Position numbers and translations under genes: made by a program. From contig OZ059897.1 of assembly GCA_964057225.1 (NCBI GenBank), positions 10,540,001-10,604,000 on the forward strand: a stretch of 64,000 nucleotides of DNA, given 5' to 3'. Source of the DNA: Auanema rhodensis (taxonomy: Eukaryota; Animalia; Nematoda). The notes under the pieces are model-generated. The model did not search any database and was not told the DNA's origin. It worked only from the letters and a program-made list of their open reading frames with translations. Each line of letters begins with the position of its first letter. Position 1 is the stretch's first letter. Below, in pieces: positions 43,701-55,354 of the stretch.

Positions 43701-44624
43701 TTTTTTGTTTTGAAATTAAAATGCTATAAAATTATTGCTTGCTTGTCTTGTTAGATTTCTTTAATTTGAATACTTATTCAAGTTATAACAATTTTCGATT
43801 TAATCACGTTCAATCAACTGTATTGTTTTCAAAAATAAAGACAAAATTCAATTTCTGTTCATTGAATTAGAATTTTCATGTTGTCACACAGAAATTGAAG
43901 AATCTTAGTTCAATTCAGTAACAATGAACACACTAACTTTGTTAAGTTGTTGTAATATCGGCCCAAGTAATATAGTGGTTAGTACTCCACGTTGTGGCCG
44001 TGGCGACACAGATTCGATTCCTGTCTTGGACATTTTTTGTTTTGAAATTAAAATGCTATAAACATATTGCTTGCTTGTCATGTTAGATTTCTTTAATTCA
44101 AATACATATTTAAGTTCTAACAATTTTTGATTTAATCACGTTCAATTAACTGTATTGTTTTCAAAAATAAAGACAAAATTCAATTTCTGTTCATTGAATT
44201 AGAATTATCATGTTGTCACACAGAAATTGAAGAATCTTAGTTCATTTCAGTAACAATGAACACAATAACTTTGTTTAGTTGTTGTAATATCGGCCCAAGT
44301 AGTATAGTGGTTAGTACTCCACGTTGTGGCCGTGGCGACACAGATTCGATTCCTGTCTTGGGCATTTTTTGTTTTGAAATTAAAATGCTATAAACATATT
44401 GCTTGCTTGTCATGTTAGATTTGTTTAATTCAAATACTTATTTAAGTTCTATCAATTTTCGATTTAATCACGTTCAATCAACTGTATTGTTTACAAAAAT
44501 AAAGACATCTTTCAATTTCTGGTCATTGAATTAGAATTTTCATGTTGTCACGCAGAAATTGAAGAATCTTTGTTCATTTCAGTAACAATGAACACACTAA
44601 CTTTGTTAAGTTGTTGTAATATCG

Positions 44625-44696
44625 GCCCAAGTAGTATAGTGGTTAGTACTCCACGTTGTGGCCGTGGCGACACAGGTTCGATTCCTGTCTTGGGCA
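44625..44696 (+). tRNA. tRNA-His(GTG), canonical copy
   Basis: Identical to 894-965. Confidence 0.93.
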
Positions 44697-45288
44697 TTTT
44701 TTGTTTTGAAATTAAAATGCTATAAAATTATTGCTTGCTTGTCTTGTTAGATTTCTTTAATTTGAATACTTATTCAAGTTATAACAATTTTCGATTTAAT
44801 CACGTTCAATCAACTGTATTGTTTTCAAAAATAAAGACAAAATTCAATTTCTGTTCATTGAATTAGAATTTTCATGTTGTCACACAGAAATTGAAGAATC
44901 TTAGTTCAATTCAGTAACAATGAACACACTAACTTTGTTAAGTTGTTGTAATATCGGCCCAATTAATATAGTGGTTAGTACTCCACGTTGTGGCCGTGGC
45001 GACACAGATTCGATTCCTGTTTTGGGCATTTTTTGTTTTGAAATTTAAATGCTATAAATTTATTGCTTGCTTGTCATGTTAGATTTCTTTAATTTGAATA
45101 CTTATTCAAGTTATAACAATTTTCGATTTAATCACGTTCAATCAACTGTATTGTTTTCAAAAATAAAGACAAAATTCAATTTCTGTTCATTGAATTAGAA
45201 TTTTCATGTTGTCACACAGAAATTGAAGAATCTTAGTTCATTTCAGTAACAATGAACACACTAGCTTTGTTAAGTTGTTGTAATATTG

Positions 45289-45360
45289 GCCCAAGTAGTA
45301 TAGTGGTTAGTACTCCACGTTGTGGCCGTGGCGACACAGGTTCGATTCCTGTCTTGGGCA
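45289..45360 (+). tRNA. tRNA-His(GTG), canonical copy
   Basis: Identical to 894-965. Confidence 0.93.
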
Positions 45361-45952
45361 TTTTTTGTTTTGAAATTAAAATGCTATAAACATATTGCTT
45401 GCTTGTCATGTTAGATTTCTTTAATTCAAATACATATTTAAGTTCTAACAATTTTTGATTTAATCACGTTCAATTAACTGTATTGTTTTCAAAAATAAAG
45501 ACATCTTTCAATTTCTGGTCATTGAATTAGAATTTTCATGTTGTCACACAGAAATTGAAGAATCTTAGTTCATTTCAGTAACAATGAACACACTAACTTC
45601 GTTAAGTTGTTGTAATATCGGCCCAAGTAGTATAGTGGTTAGTACTCCACGTTGTGGCCGTGGCGACACAGATTCGATTCCTGTCTTGGGCATTTTTTGT
45701 TTTGAAATTAAAATGCTATAAACATATTGCTTGCTTGTCATGTTAGATTTGTTTAATTCAAATACTTATTTAAGTTCTATCAATTTTCGATTTAATCACG
45801 TTCAATCAACTGTATTGTTTTCAAAAATAAAGACATCTTTCAATTTCTGGTCATTGAATTAGAATTTTCATGTTGTCACACAGAAATTGAAGAATCTTAG
45901 TTCATTTCAGTAACAATGAACACACTAACTTTGTTAAGTTGTTGTAATATTG

Positions 45953-46024
45953 GCCCAAGTAGTATAGTGGTTAGTACTCCACGTTGTGGCCGTGGCGACA
46001 CAGGTTCGATTCCTGTCTTGGGCA
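45953..46024 (+). tRNA. tRNA-His(GTG), canonical body with the primary terminator disrupted
   Basis: Body identical to 894-965; followed by TTGTTTGTTTT instead of TTTTTTGTTTT. Confidence 0.9.
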
Positions 46025-46617
46025 TTGTTTGTTTTGAAATTTAAATGCTATAAAATTATTGCTTGCTTGTCATGTTAGATTTGTTTAATTCAAATACTTA
46101 TTTAAGTTCTAACAATTTTTGATTTAATCACGTTCAATTAACTGTATTGTTTTCAAAAATAAAAACAAAATTCAATTTCTGTTCATTGAATTAGAATTTT
46201 CATGTTGTCACACAGAAATTGAAGAATCTTAGTTCAATTCAGTAACAATGAACACACTAACTTCGTTAAGTTGTTGTAATATCGGCCCAAGTAATATAGT
46301 GGTTAGTACTCCACGTTGTGGCCGTGGCGACACAGATTCGATTCCTGTTTTGGGCATTTTTTGTTTTGAAATTTAAATGCTATAAAATTATTGCTTGCTT
46401 GTCATGTTAGATTTTTTTTAATTTGAATACTTATTCAAGTTATAACAATTTTCGATTTAATCACGTTCAATCAACTGTATTGTTTTCAAAAATAAAGACA
46501 TCTTTCAATTTCTGGTCATTGAATTAGAATTTTCATGTTGTCACACAGAAATTGAAGAATCTCAGTTCATTTCAGTAACAATGAAAACACTAACTTTGTT
46601 AAGTTGTTGTAATATCG

Positions 46618-46689
46618 GCCCAAGTAGTATAGTGGTTAGTACTCCACGTTGTGGCCGTGGCGACACAGGTTCGATTCCTGTCTTGGGCA
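46618..46689 (+). tRNA. tRNA-His(GTG), canonical copy
   Basis: Identical to 894-965. Confidence 0.93.
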
Positions 46690-47281
46690 TTTTTTGTTTT
46701 GAAATTAAAATGCTATAAAATTATTGCTTGCTTGTCTTGTTAGATTTCTTTAATTTGAATACTTATTCAAGTTATAACAATTTTCGATTTAATCACGTTC
46801 AATCAACTGTATTGTTTTCAAAAATAAAGACAAAATTCAATTTCTGTTCATTGAATTAGAATTTTCATGTTGTCACACAGAAATTGAAGAATCTTAGTTC
46901 AATTCAGTAACAATGAACACACTAACTTTGTTAAGTTGTTGTAATATCGGCCCAATTAATATAGTGGTTAGTACTCCACGTTGTGGCCGTGGCGACACAG
47001 ATTCGATTCCTGTTTTGGGCATTTTTTGTTTTGAAATTTAAATGCTATAAATTTATTGCTTGCTTGTCATGTTAGATTTCTTTAATTTGAATACTTATTC
47101 AAGTTATAACAATTTTCGATTTAATCACGTTCAATCAACTGTATTGTTTTCAAAAATAAAGACAAAATTCAATTTCTGTTCATTGAATTAGAATTTTCAT
47201 GTTGTCACACAGAAATTGAAGAATCTTAGTTCATTTCAGTAACAATGAACACACTAGCTTTGTTAAGTTGTTGTAATATTG

Positions 47282-47353
47282 GCCCAAGTAGTATAGTGGT
47301 TAGTACTCCACGTTGTGGCCGTGGCGACACAGGTTCGATTCCTGTCTTGGGCA
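47282..47353 (+). tRNA. tRNA-His(GTG), canonical copy
   Basis: Identical to 894-965. Confidence 0.93.
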
Positions 47354-47945
47354 TTTTTTGTTTTGAAATTAAAATGCTATAAAATTATTGCTTGCTTGTC
47401 TTGTTAGATTTCTTTAATTTGAATACTTATTCAAGTTATAACAATTTTCGATTTAATCACGTTCAATCAACTGTATTGTTTTCAAAAATAAAGACAAAAT
47501 TCAATTTCTGTTCATTGAATTAGAATTTTCATGTTGTCACACAGAAATTGAAGAATCTTAGTTCAATTCAGTAACAATGAACACACTAACTTTGTTAAGT
47601 TGTTGTAATATCGGCCCAAGTAATATAGTGGTTAGTACTCCACGTTGTGGCCGTGGCGACACAGATTCGATTCCTGTCTTGGGCATTTTTTGTTTTGAAA
47701 TTAAAATGCTACAAAATTATTGCTTGCTTGTCATGTTAGATTTCTTTAATTTGAATACTTATTTAAGTTATAACAATTTTCGATTTAATCACGTTCAATC
47801 AACTGTATTGTTTTCAAAAATAAAGACAAAATTCAATTTCTGTTCATTGAATTAGAATTTTCATGTTGTCACACAGAAATTGAAGAATCTTAGTTCAATT
47901 CAGTAACAATGAACACACTAACTTTGTTAAGTTGTTGTAATATTG

Positions 47946-48017
47946 GCCCAAGTAGTATAGTGGTTAGTACTCCACGTTGTGGCCGTGGCGACACAGGTTC
48001 GATTCCTGTCTTGGGCA
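47946..48017 (+). tRNA. tRNA-His(GTG), canonical copy
   Basis: Identical to 894-965. Confidence 0.93.
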
Positions 48018-48277
48018 TTTTTTGTTTTGAAATTAAAATGCTATAAAATTATTGCTTGCTTGTCTTGTTAGATTTCTTTAATTTGAATACTTATTCAAGT
48101 TATAACAATTTTCGATTTAATCACGTTCAATCAACTGTATTGTTTTCAAAAATAAAGACAAAATTCAATTTCTGTTCATTGAATTAGAATTTTCATGTTG
48201 TCACACAGAAATTGAAGAATCTTAGTTCAATTCAGTAACAATAAACACACTAACTTTGTTAAGTTGTTGTAATATCG

Positions 48278-48349
48278 GCCCAAGTAATATAGTGGTTAGT
48301 ACTCCACGTTATGGCCGTGGCGACACAGATTCGATTCCTGTCTTGGACA
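48278..48349 (+). pseudogene. tRNA-His pseudogene with anticodon ATG (G34A) on the G10A/G53A/G71A background
   Basis: CCACG TTATGGC CGTGG; anticodon at 48311-48313. Confidence 0.8.
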
Positions 48350-49605
48350 TTTTTTGTTTTGAAATTAAAATGCTACAAAATTATTGCTTGCTTGTCATGT
48401 AAGATTTCTTTAATATGAATACTTATTTAAGTTTTAACAATTTTCGATTTAATCACGTTCAATCAACTGTATTGTTTTCAAAAATAAAGACAAAATTCAA
48501 TTTCTGTTCATTGAATTAGAATTTTCATGTTGTCACACAGAAATTGAAGAATCTTAGTTCAATTCAGTAACAATGAACACACTAACTTTGTTAAGTTGTT
48601 TTAATATCGGCTCAAGTAATATAGTGGTTAGTACTCCACGTTGTGGCCGCGGTGACACAGATTCGATTCCTGTTTTGGGCATTTTTTGTTTTGAAATTTA
48701 AATGCTATAAAATTATTGCTTGCTTGTCATGTTAGATTTCTTTAATTTGAATACTTATTCAAGTTATAACAATTTTCGATTTAATCACGTTCAATCAACT
48801 GTATTGTTTTCAAAAATAAAGACAAAATTCAATTTCTGTTCATTGAATTAGAATTTTCATGTTGTCACACAGAAATTGAAGAATCTTAGTTCAATTCAGT
48901 AACAATGAACACACTAACTTTGTTAAGTTGTTGTAATATCGGCCCAAGTAATATAGTGGTTAGTACTCTACGTTGTGGCCGTGGCGACACAGATTCGATT
49001 CCTGTCTTGGACATTTTTTGTTTTGAAATTAAAATGCTACAAAATTATTGCTTGCTTGTCATGTTTGATTTCTTTAATTTGAATACTTATTTAAGTTATA
49101 ACAATTTTCGATTTAATCACGTTCAATCAACTGTATAGTTTTCAAAAATGAAGACAAAATTCAATTTCTGTTCATTGAATTAGAATTTTCATGTTGTCAC
49201 ACAGAAATTGAAGAATCTTAGTTTAATTCAGTAACAATGAACACACTAACTTTGTTAAGTTGTTGTAATATCGGCCCAAGTAATATAGTGGTTAGTACTC
49301 CACGTTGTGGCCCTGGCGACACAGATTCGATTCCTGTCTTGGATATTTTTTGTTTTGAAATTTAAATGCTATAAAATTATTGCTTGCTTGTCATGTTAGA
49401 TTTCTTTAATTTGAATACTTATTTAAGTTATAACAATTTTCGATTTAATCACGTTCAATCAACTGTATTGTTTTCAAAAATGAAGACAAAATTCAATTTC
49501 TGTTCATTGAATTAGAATTATCATGTTGTCACACAGAAATTGAAGAATCTTAGTTCATTTCAGTAACAATGAACACAATAACTTTGTTTAGTTGTTGTAA
49601 TATCG

Positions 49606-49677
49606 GCCCAAGTAGTATAGTGGTTAGTACTCCACGTTGTGGCCGTGGCGACACAGGTTCGATTCCTGTCTTGGGCA
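49606..49677 (+). tRNA. tRNA-His(GTG), canonical copy
   Basis: Identical to 894-965. Confidence 0.93.
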
Positions 49678-51589
49678 TTTTTTGTTTTGAAATTTAAATG
49701 CTATAAAATTATTGCTTGCTTGTCATGTTAGATTTCTTTAATTTGAATACTTATTCAAGTTATAACAATTTACGATTTAATCACGTTCAATTAACTGTAT
49801 TGTTTTCAAAAATAAAGACAAAATTCAATTTCTGTTCATTGAATTAGAATTATCATGTTGTCACACAGAAATTGAAGAATCTTAGTTCATTTCAGTAACA
49901 ATGAACACACTAACTTTGTTAAGTTGTTGTAATATCGGCCCAAGTAATATAGTGGTTAGTACTCCACGTTGTGGCCGTGGCGACACAGATTCGATTCCTG
50001 TTTTGGGCATTTTTTGTTTTGAAATTTAAATGCTATAAAATTATTGCTTGCTTGTCATGTTAGATTTCTTTAATTTGAATACTTATTCAAGTTATAACAA
50101 TTTTCGATTTAATCACGTTGAATCAACTGTATTGTTTTCAAAAACAAAAGACAAAATTCAATTTCTGTTCATTGAATTAGAATTTTCATGTTGTCACACA
50201 GAAATTGAAGAATCTTAGTTCAATTCAGTAACAATAAACACACTAACTTTGTTAAGTTGTTGTAATATCGGCCCAAGTAATATAGTGGTTAGTACTCCAC
50301 GTTGTGGCCGTGGCGACACAGATTCGATTCCTGTCTTGGACATTTTTTGTTTTGAAATTAAAATGCTACAAAATTATTGCTTGCTTGTCATGTTAGATTT
50401 CTTTAATTTGAATACTTATTTAAGTTATAACAATTTTCGATTTAATCACGTTCAATCAACTGTATTGTTTTCAAAAATAAAGACAAAATTCAATTTCTGT
50501 TCATTGAATTAGAATTTTCATGTTGTCACACAGAAATTGAAGAATCTTAGTTCAATTCAGTAACAATGAACACACTAACTTTGTTAAGTTGTTGTAATAT
50601 TGGCCCAAGTAGTATAGTGGTTAGTACTCCACGTTGTGGCCGCGGTGACACAGATTCGATTCCTGTTTTGGGCATTTTTTGTTTTGAAATTAAAATGCTA
50701 TAAAATTATTGCTTGCTTGTCTTGTTAGATTTCTTTAATTTGAATACTTATTCAAGTTATAACAATTTTCGATTTAATCACGTTCAATCAACTGTATTGT
50801 TTTCAAAAATAAAGACAAAATTCAATTTCTGTTCATTGAATTAGAATTTTCATGTTGTCACACAGAAATTGAAGAATCTTAGTTCAATTCAGTAACAATA
50901 AACACACTAACTTTGTTAAGTTGTTGTAATATCGGCCCAAGTAATATAGTGGTTAGTACTCCACGTTGTGGCCGTGGCGACACAGATTCGATTCCTGTCT
51001 TGGACATTTTTTGTTTTGAAATTAAAATGCTACAAAATTATTGCTTGCTTGTCATGTAAGATTTCTTTAATATGAATACTTATTTAAGTTTTAACAATTT
51101 TCGATTTAATCACGTTCAATCAACTGTATTGTTTTCAAAAATAAAGACAAAATTCAATTTCTGTTCATTGAATTAGAATTTTCATGTTGTCACACAGAAA
51201 TTGAAGAATCTTAGTTCAATTCAGTAACAATGAACACACTAACTTTGTTAAGTTGTTGTAATATCGGCCCAAGTAATATAGTGGTTAGTACTCCACGTTG
51301 TGGCCCTGGCGACACAGATTCGATTCCTGTCTTGGATATTTTTTGTTTTGAAATTTAAATGCTATAAAATTATTGCTTGCTTGTCATGTTAGATTTCTTT
51401 AATTTGAATACTTATTTAAGTTATAACAATTTTCGATTTAATCACGTTCAATCAACTGTATTGTTTTCAAAAATGAAGACAAAATTCAATTTCTGTTCAT
51501 TGAATTAGAATTATCATGTTGTCACACAGAAATTGAAGAATCTTAGTTCATTTCAGTAACAATGAACACAATAACTTTGTTTAGTTGTT

Positions 51590-51598
51590 GTAATATCG
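51590..51598 (+). other. Left target-site duplication GTAATATCG
   Basis: Repeated at 55346-55354; single copy at the empty site 60326-60334. An 8-10 bp TSD is formally possible, but 9 bp gives symmetric GG...CC ends. Confidence 0.9.
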
Positions 51599-51823
51599 GG
51601 CCAAACTAAATTGACATGTGTGAAAATGACTCGATATGTAATTGACATAGTGAAATATATTGGTTTAATTGACATGTAAGATCAATACCGTATTGAATGT
51701 TAATGACATTGTAATAATGACATTAATTGCGTTTGACTAAAATGTGCAAATTTGAATATTGCGTACCAATTTAGGTAATTTTTTCACAAAAAAATTTTGG
51801 GATTTTCCGATATCGATTCATTT
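51599..51823 (+). repeat. Left terminal inverted repeat of the MULE (225 bp)
   Basis: Reverse complement of 55124-55345. The inner ~210 bp differ only by a 3-bp indel and one substitution that I could see; the outer 13 bp match at 6 of 13 positions. Confidence 0.96.
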
Positions 51824-51844
51824 TTTCCCAATAGAAGAAAGGAA

Positions 51845-54800
51845 ATGAAGCCGGTTTCGAAAAAAATGCTGTTGCAATTTTTCAATGACAGGTAGATCAG
51901 ATGGTTTTGTTTGTTTTGTTTACACATTCTCACATTCAAAGAAATTATAATGTAATGGAAGAGCTTCCGCGTTTGAAATATTTTCCTGCTGGTGATACAG
52001 TTTATTTGGTAGCTTCGAGCAGCTTCAGAGATTTGAAAGATGTGACAACTGATTCGGCATCTCCATGGACGGGAAAACTAAGTTTGAATTGTTATATGTT
52101 TTATTTTTTTAATTGTTACGTAGTTTATGACGAAAAATCGCACCGTGATTTGAAAACTAATATTGAGTACTTATATGTGGATAAAACGGATGAGCAATGG
52201 ATACCTGTTAAGAAGTCTTATTTAACTTTCAAATTATTCCTTAATACTAACCCCAGATACCCTTCTTTACAACGCCGTGTTAGTTATTTTTGTCAATAAA
52301 ATGTTTTTATATTCTATCTTTACACAGGTGGGAGTAATTCTGGACATGAATAAAAACGCTGTCTCTCCAATTTTATACTACTACTTTGCTGAAGTAAGGT
52401 TTTCATTATTTTTATGTTCACATGATTACTTGGATCTCTATTATTTGTATTTCATAATATTCAGGAGAACCTCACAATATCCCCATCAAACTCGATTCGA
52501 ATCAAACCATCTGAATCAGCTGCTGCTAAAAAAGCGTTATCTCATCGAACTACCGTGGGAGCAAAAAGATTTCTTGATGAACAGGGATTAAATATTAATA
52601 CAAAAAAAGTCATTACAGTTCACTAATCAAAATTATGTATTATTTTTCAGTTAACAAATTTAGCCCGTTCCGTCGATTATCATATAAAAAGTAGAGTAGG
52701 AAAAAAAAGTGCATCGAATGTTGCAAAACTGTTTGATCGGTTTGTTTGCAAACCCAATTCATTAGAAGCTATGCTTTCTCCACATGTTGAAAAAACAGGT
52801 TTATGTAAATTAGTAGTATTCATGACCTTAATCAGTCTTTTAGAAGATGGAAAAATATTAATACGTCAGATATTTTTTTACCCGTGTGCCTTAGAACATT
52901 TTTGTAAAACTTTGCCTGACAAAAACGATGTTATCGAACATAGAAATAGAGTTGATAAACTGCTACTAACAACTAAAGAAGATGCAGAACTGGAGCTGAG
53001 TGAGCATGAAGATGTTTTTTAGGTTTAATGAGTTTATTGTAGACAGAATTATTTCAACAACTAATAAATCAGGAACAATTCCCAAGCTGGGTTCGATGTT
53101 GCAAATTGATACTACTTTTAACGTTTGTAGCAGTGAATATTTAACAATGGCCGTAGGAATACACGATACTTTTTTGTGAGATTTCACAAACTATTTTGAA
53201 ATGTAATATATTTAGAAATAATGTATCTGGAAAATGCGCAAGTGTATTAATTGGAGCTATGATACATACAAGTAAGGCTGCCAAAGAACATGAAGCATTC
53301 TCAATAGCGTTGAATAGTCAGTTTGAGAAATTCGGATCAAATAAAACTATTCCTTGCGTAATCACTGATGGAGAGGAGTCGTTCAAGTTGTACACTACAG
53401 TAAGTACTGTTGAACTTGTGGAATCATTAAAGTTAGTTTAGGGTTCGTTTCTAAGTAGATCAGTACCTTTGCGATGTGACGTACACAAGTTTGACAACTT
53501 GAAGATGAACATGCACAAATCGGATAGAGAAAATACAGAAATTATCAAAAAAAAATTATTTGGATCAAAAGAAAATGTAGGCACGTAAAGTTTTAATTGA
53601 GTTGAAAAGTATATTTTAAGAGTATCAGTGGAACTATATGGCACCGCGGTATATTAGGAACTCTTCAGAAATCTGAATTTGAAAAAAAAATGATGAAATT
53701 TAGTGATGCTGTACATGCTGACACAGCAAAATGGTGGGTTAATATTCAACATTTTTTCCTTGTGTTTGAATAAAAACAAAGCATGATATTTGTAAGCATA
53801 CTAATATAGATATTATAAATTGTGCTGAGAGAAAAATAGAATTGTTGTTTAGGTTACTTCGAAATATGGATGATATGTACAACACATGTTCACTTATCAA
53901 GAAGCTCTACGCTGGCTGTCCTTTGCAATGGGCCACAACAAATATCATCGAGTTGAGAAATAACCAACTCAAAAAAATTGTACAATATCCTCAACCGGCG
54001 GAAATACTAATGAAAAGTTTATTAATTATACATCATGGTACTTTTTTCAAATCACATTTAGATGATACCACAGCACTGTGTTCTAATAAGTTAAATATTT
54101 ACAGATGATATGAAAGAACGCATATTTGCTATTCAGAACAAAAGCCAAAATTTAAAAACTGCAATTCCGTTGAACATGAATTTTGAAGATCTTTCTTGTT
54201 CGGAGCAGAGAACTTTAGTAGAGAAATTTGGATTATATAGCTATTATATTTCTTTATCTTATTTTAAGTTTCCGAAATGGACATTAGACGGTAAGAAAAA
54301 GTTAATAACTATTCATTATACTAAATAATAATAGGAGATGGCAAAAATAAATCAAACTTTTTGTCAGCTGTAGAGAAACTCTCTGTTGATAGCTGCAGAA
54401 ATGATGAGAATTTATATATAGTTCTAGATGAAATCGATCTGAGAAGGTATTCGATTTTTCAGTGAATAATGAATTATTTTTTAAGACCCGTTTGCGTGAA
54501 AAAAACGGAGAACCAACTCAAATGTTTTCATTACGAATGTTTAAATAACATTAATTATGGATATTATTTCTGTATACATATGTGAGGTTTCAAAAGATAT
54601 TTTGAAAGACAATTTTATTTTTAGGTTCGCTATTCTTAAAAAACTTGAAGATTCAGTTGCAGATCACTATATAAAAGAGATGGAAGATAAAAAAAATAAT
54701 AGAACAGCGCAGAACTGTTTGAGTAAACAAATACGACCCACAGATGGTTCGAAGTTCCAAAACCGTAAAGGGAGACAATATTCAAAAAATAATTATAGTA

Positions 54801-55072
54801 GGCAAATTGCAGAAACTAAGTTAAGTTGTATATAAAACAGTTGTCTTAACATTTTTTTCAGTATATCCTTTCTTGAAGACACAAGTGAACTGCATGAGAT
54901 TATTTTTAGTGACAGATCCAATTACTCCGATGATAGCTCAGAGAATTTAATCACGAACACTTTTACAGAAGACAGAATAGTTTCGCCTCCACTAGAATAT
55001 ACGTCTTTGAACAACTCTCAACCATATCAAGATAATGAATCAATTTTCTGGTTTCCACCTAGTTTTGAATAA
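51845..55072 (+). CDS. MULE DDE transposase with C-terminal SWIM-like zinc finger, multi-exon, ~801 aa (830 aa if two in-frame introns are retained)
   Basis: Manual GT-AG splicing with introns 51892-51941, [52082-52123], 52279-52327, 52394-52464, 52609-52650, [52799-52843], 53000-53042, 53176-53215, 53400-53441, 53577-53620, 53734-53852, 54038-54104, 54291-54334, 54447-54485, 54582-54624, 54820-54861 gives a stop-free 2406-nt frame. Motifs: LQIDTTFNV (D at 53108), VITDGE (D at 53367), LRCDVH (CxxH, 53475-53486), TTNIIELRNNQLK (E at 53950), and KCFHYEC...FCIHMFAIL (SWIM-like). The 5' exons are less certain than the catalytic ones. Confidence 0.85.
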
Positions 55073-55083
55073 TTTTCATGGCT

Positions 55084-55089
55084 AATAAA
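55084..55089 (+). promoter_or_regulatory. Putative polyadenylation signal of the transposase gene
   Basis: AATAAA 12 nt after the TAA stop and before the right TIR. Confidence 0.55.
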
Positions 55090-55123
55090 ATTTAATTTTA
55101 AAGTACAATCCTATTATTCTGTG

Positions 55124-55345
55124 AAATGAATCGATATCGGAAAATCCCAAAATTTTTTTGTGAAAAAATTACCTAAATTGGTACGCAATATTCAAATTTG
55201 CACATTTTAGTCAAACGCAATTGATGTCATTATTACAATGTCATTAACATTCAATACGGTATTGATCTTACATGTCAATTAAAATATATTTCACTATGTC
55301 AATTACATATCGAGTCATTTTCACACATGTCATTCTGACTTTACC
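55124..55345 (-). repeat. Right terminal inverted repeat of the MULE (222 bp)
   Basis: AAATGAATCGATATCGGAAAATCCC...CACACATGTCATTCTGACTTTACC is the reverse complement of the left end. Confidence 0.96.
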
Positions 55346-55354
55346 GTAATATCG
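55346..55354 (+). other. Right target-site duplication GTAATATCG (tRNA positions -9..-1)
   Basis: Direct repeat of 51590-51598. Confidence 0.9.

Larger units (their letters stand above)
1..51598 (+). repeat. Tandem array of 332-bp tRNA-His(GTG)-containing monomers, left arm (155 complete tRNA cassettes; runs off the window start)
   Basis: The same unit recurs every 332 bp (tRNA G1 at 230, 562, 894, 1226 ...), with a few +/-1 indels and one 91-bp deletion. The ORF track repeats at multiples of 332. Confidence 0.99.
51599..55345 (+). mobile_element. Mutator-like (MULE/MuDR superfamily) DNA transposon, 3747 bp, probably autonomous
   Basis: GG...CC termini, ~225-bp inverted repeats, 9-bp TSD GTAATATCG (51590-51598 and 55346-55354), and an internal spliced DDE transposase with MULE motifs. 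Confidence 0.93.

Noticed and set aside
52966-53644. Minus-strand ORFs 52966-53187 and 53438-53644
   Set aside because: They are antisense shadows of + strand transposase exons that carry the catalytic motifs.
51901-54835. Treating the + strand ORF fragments as separate genes or as a decayed pseudogene
   Set aside because: Canonical GT-AG introns join them into one stop-free frame with correct phases.
51599-55345. Dada, hAT, Tc1/mariner or retroelement identity for the insertion
   Set aside because: Long TIRs, a 9-bp TSD, GG..CC ends, the DTTFN/TDGE/CxxH/TTNxxE motifs and a SWIM-like finger fit MULE. There is no RT domain, LTR or TA TSD.
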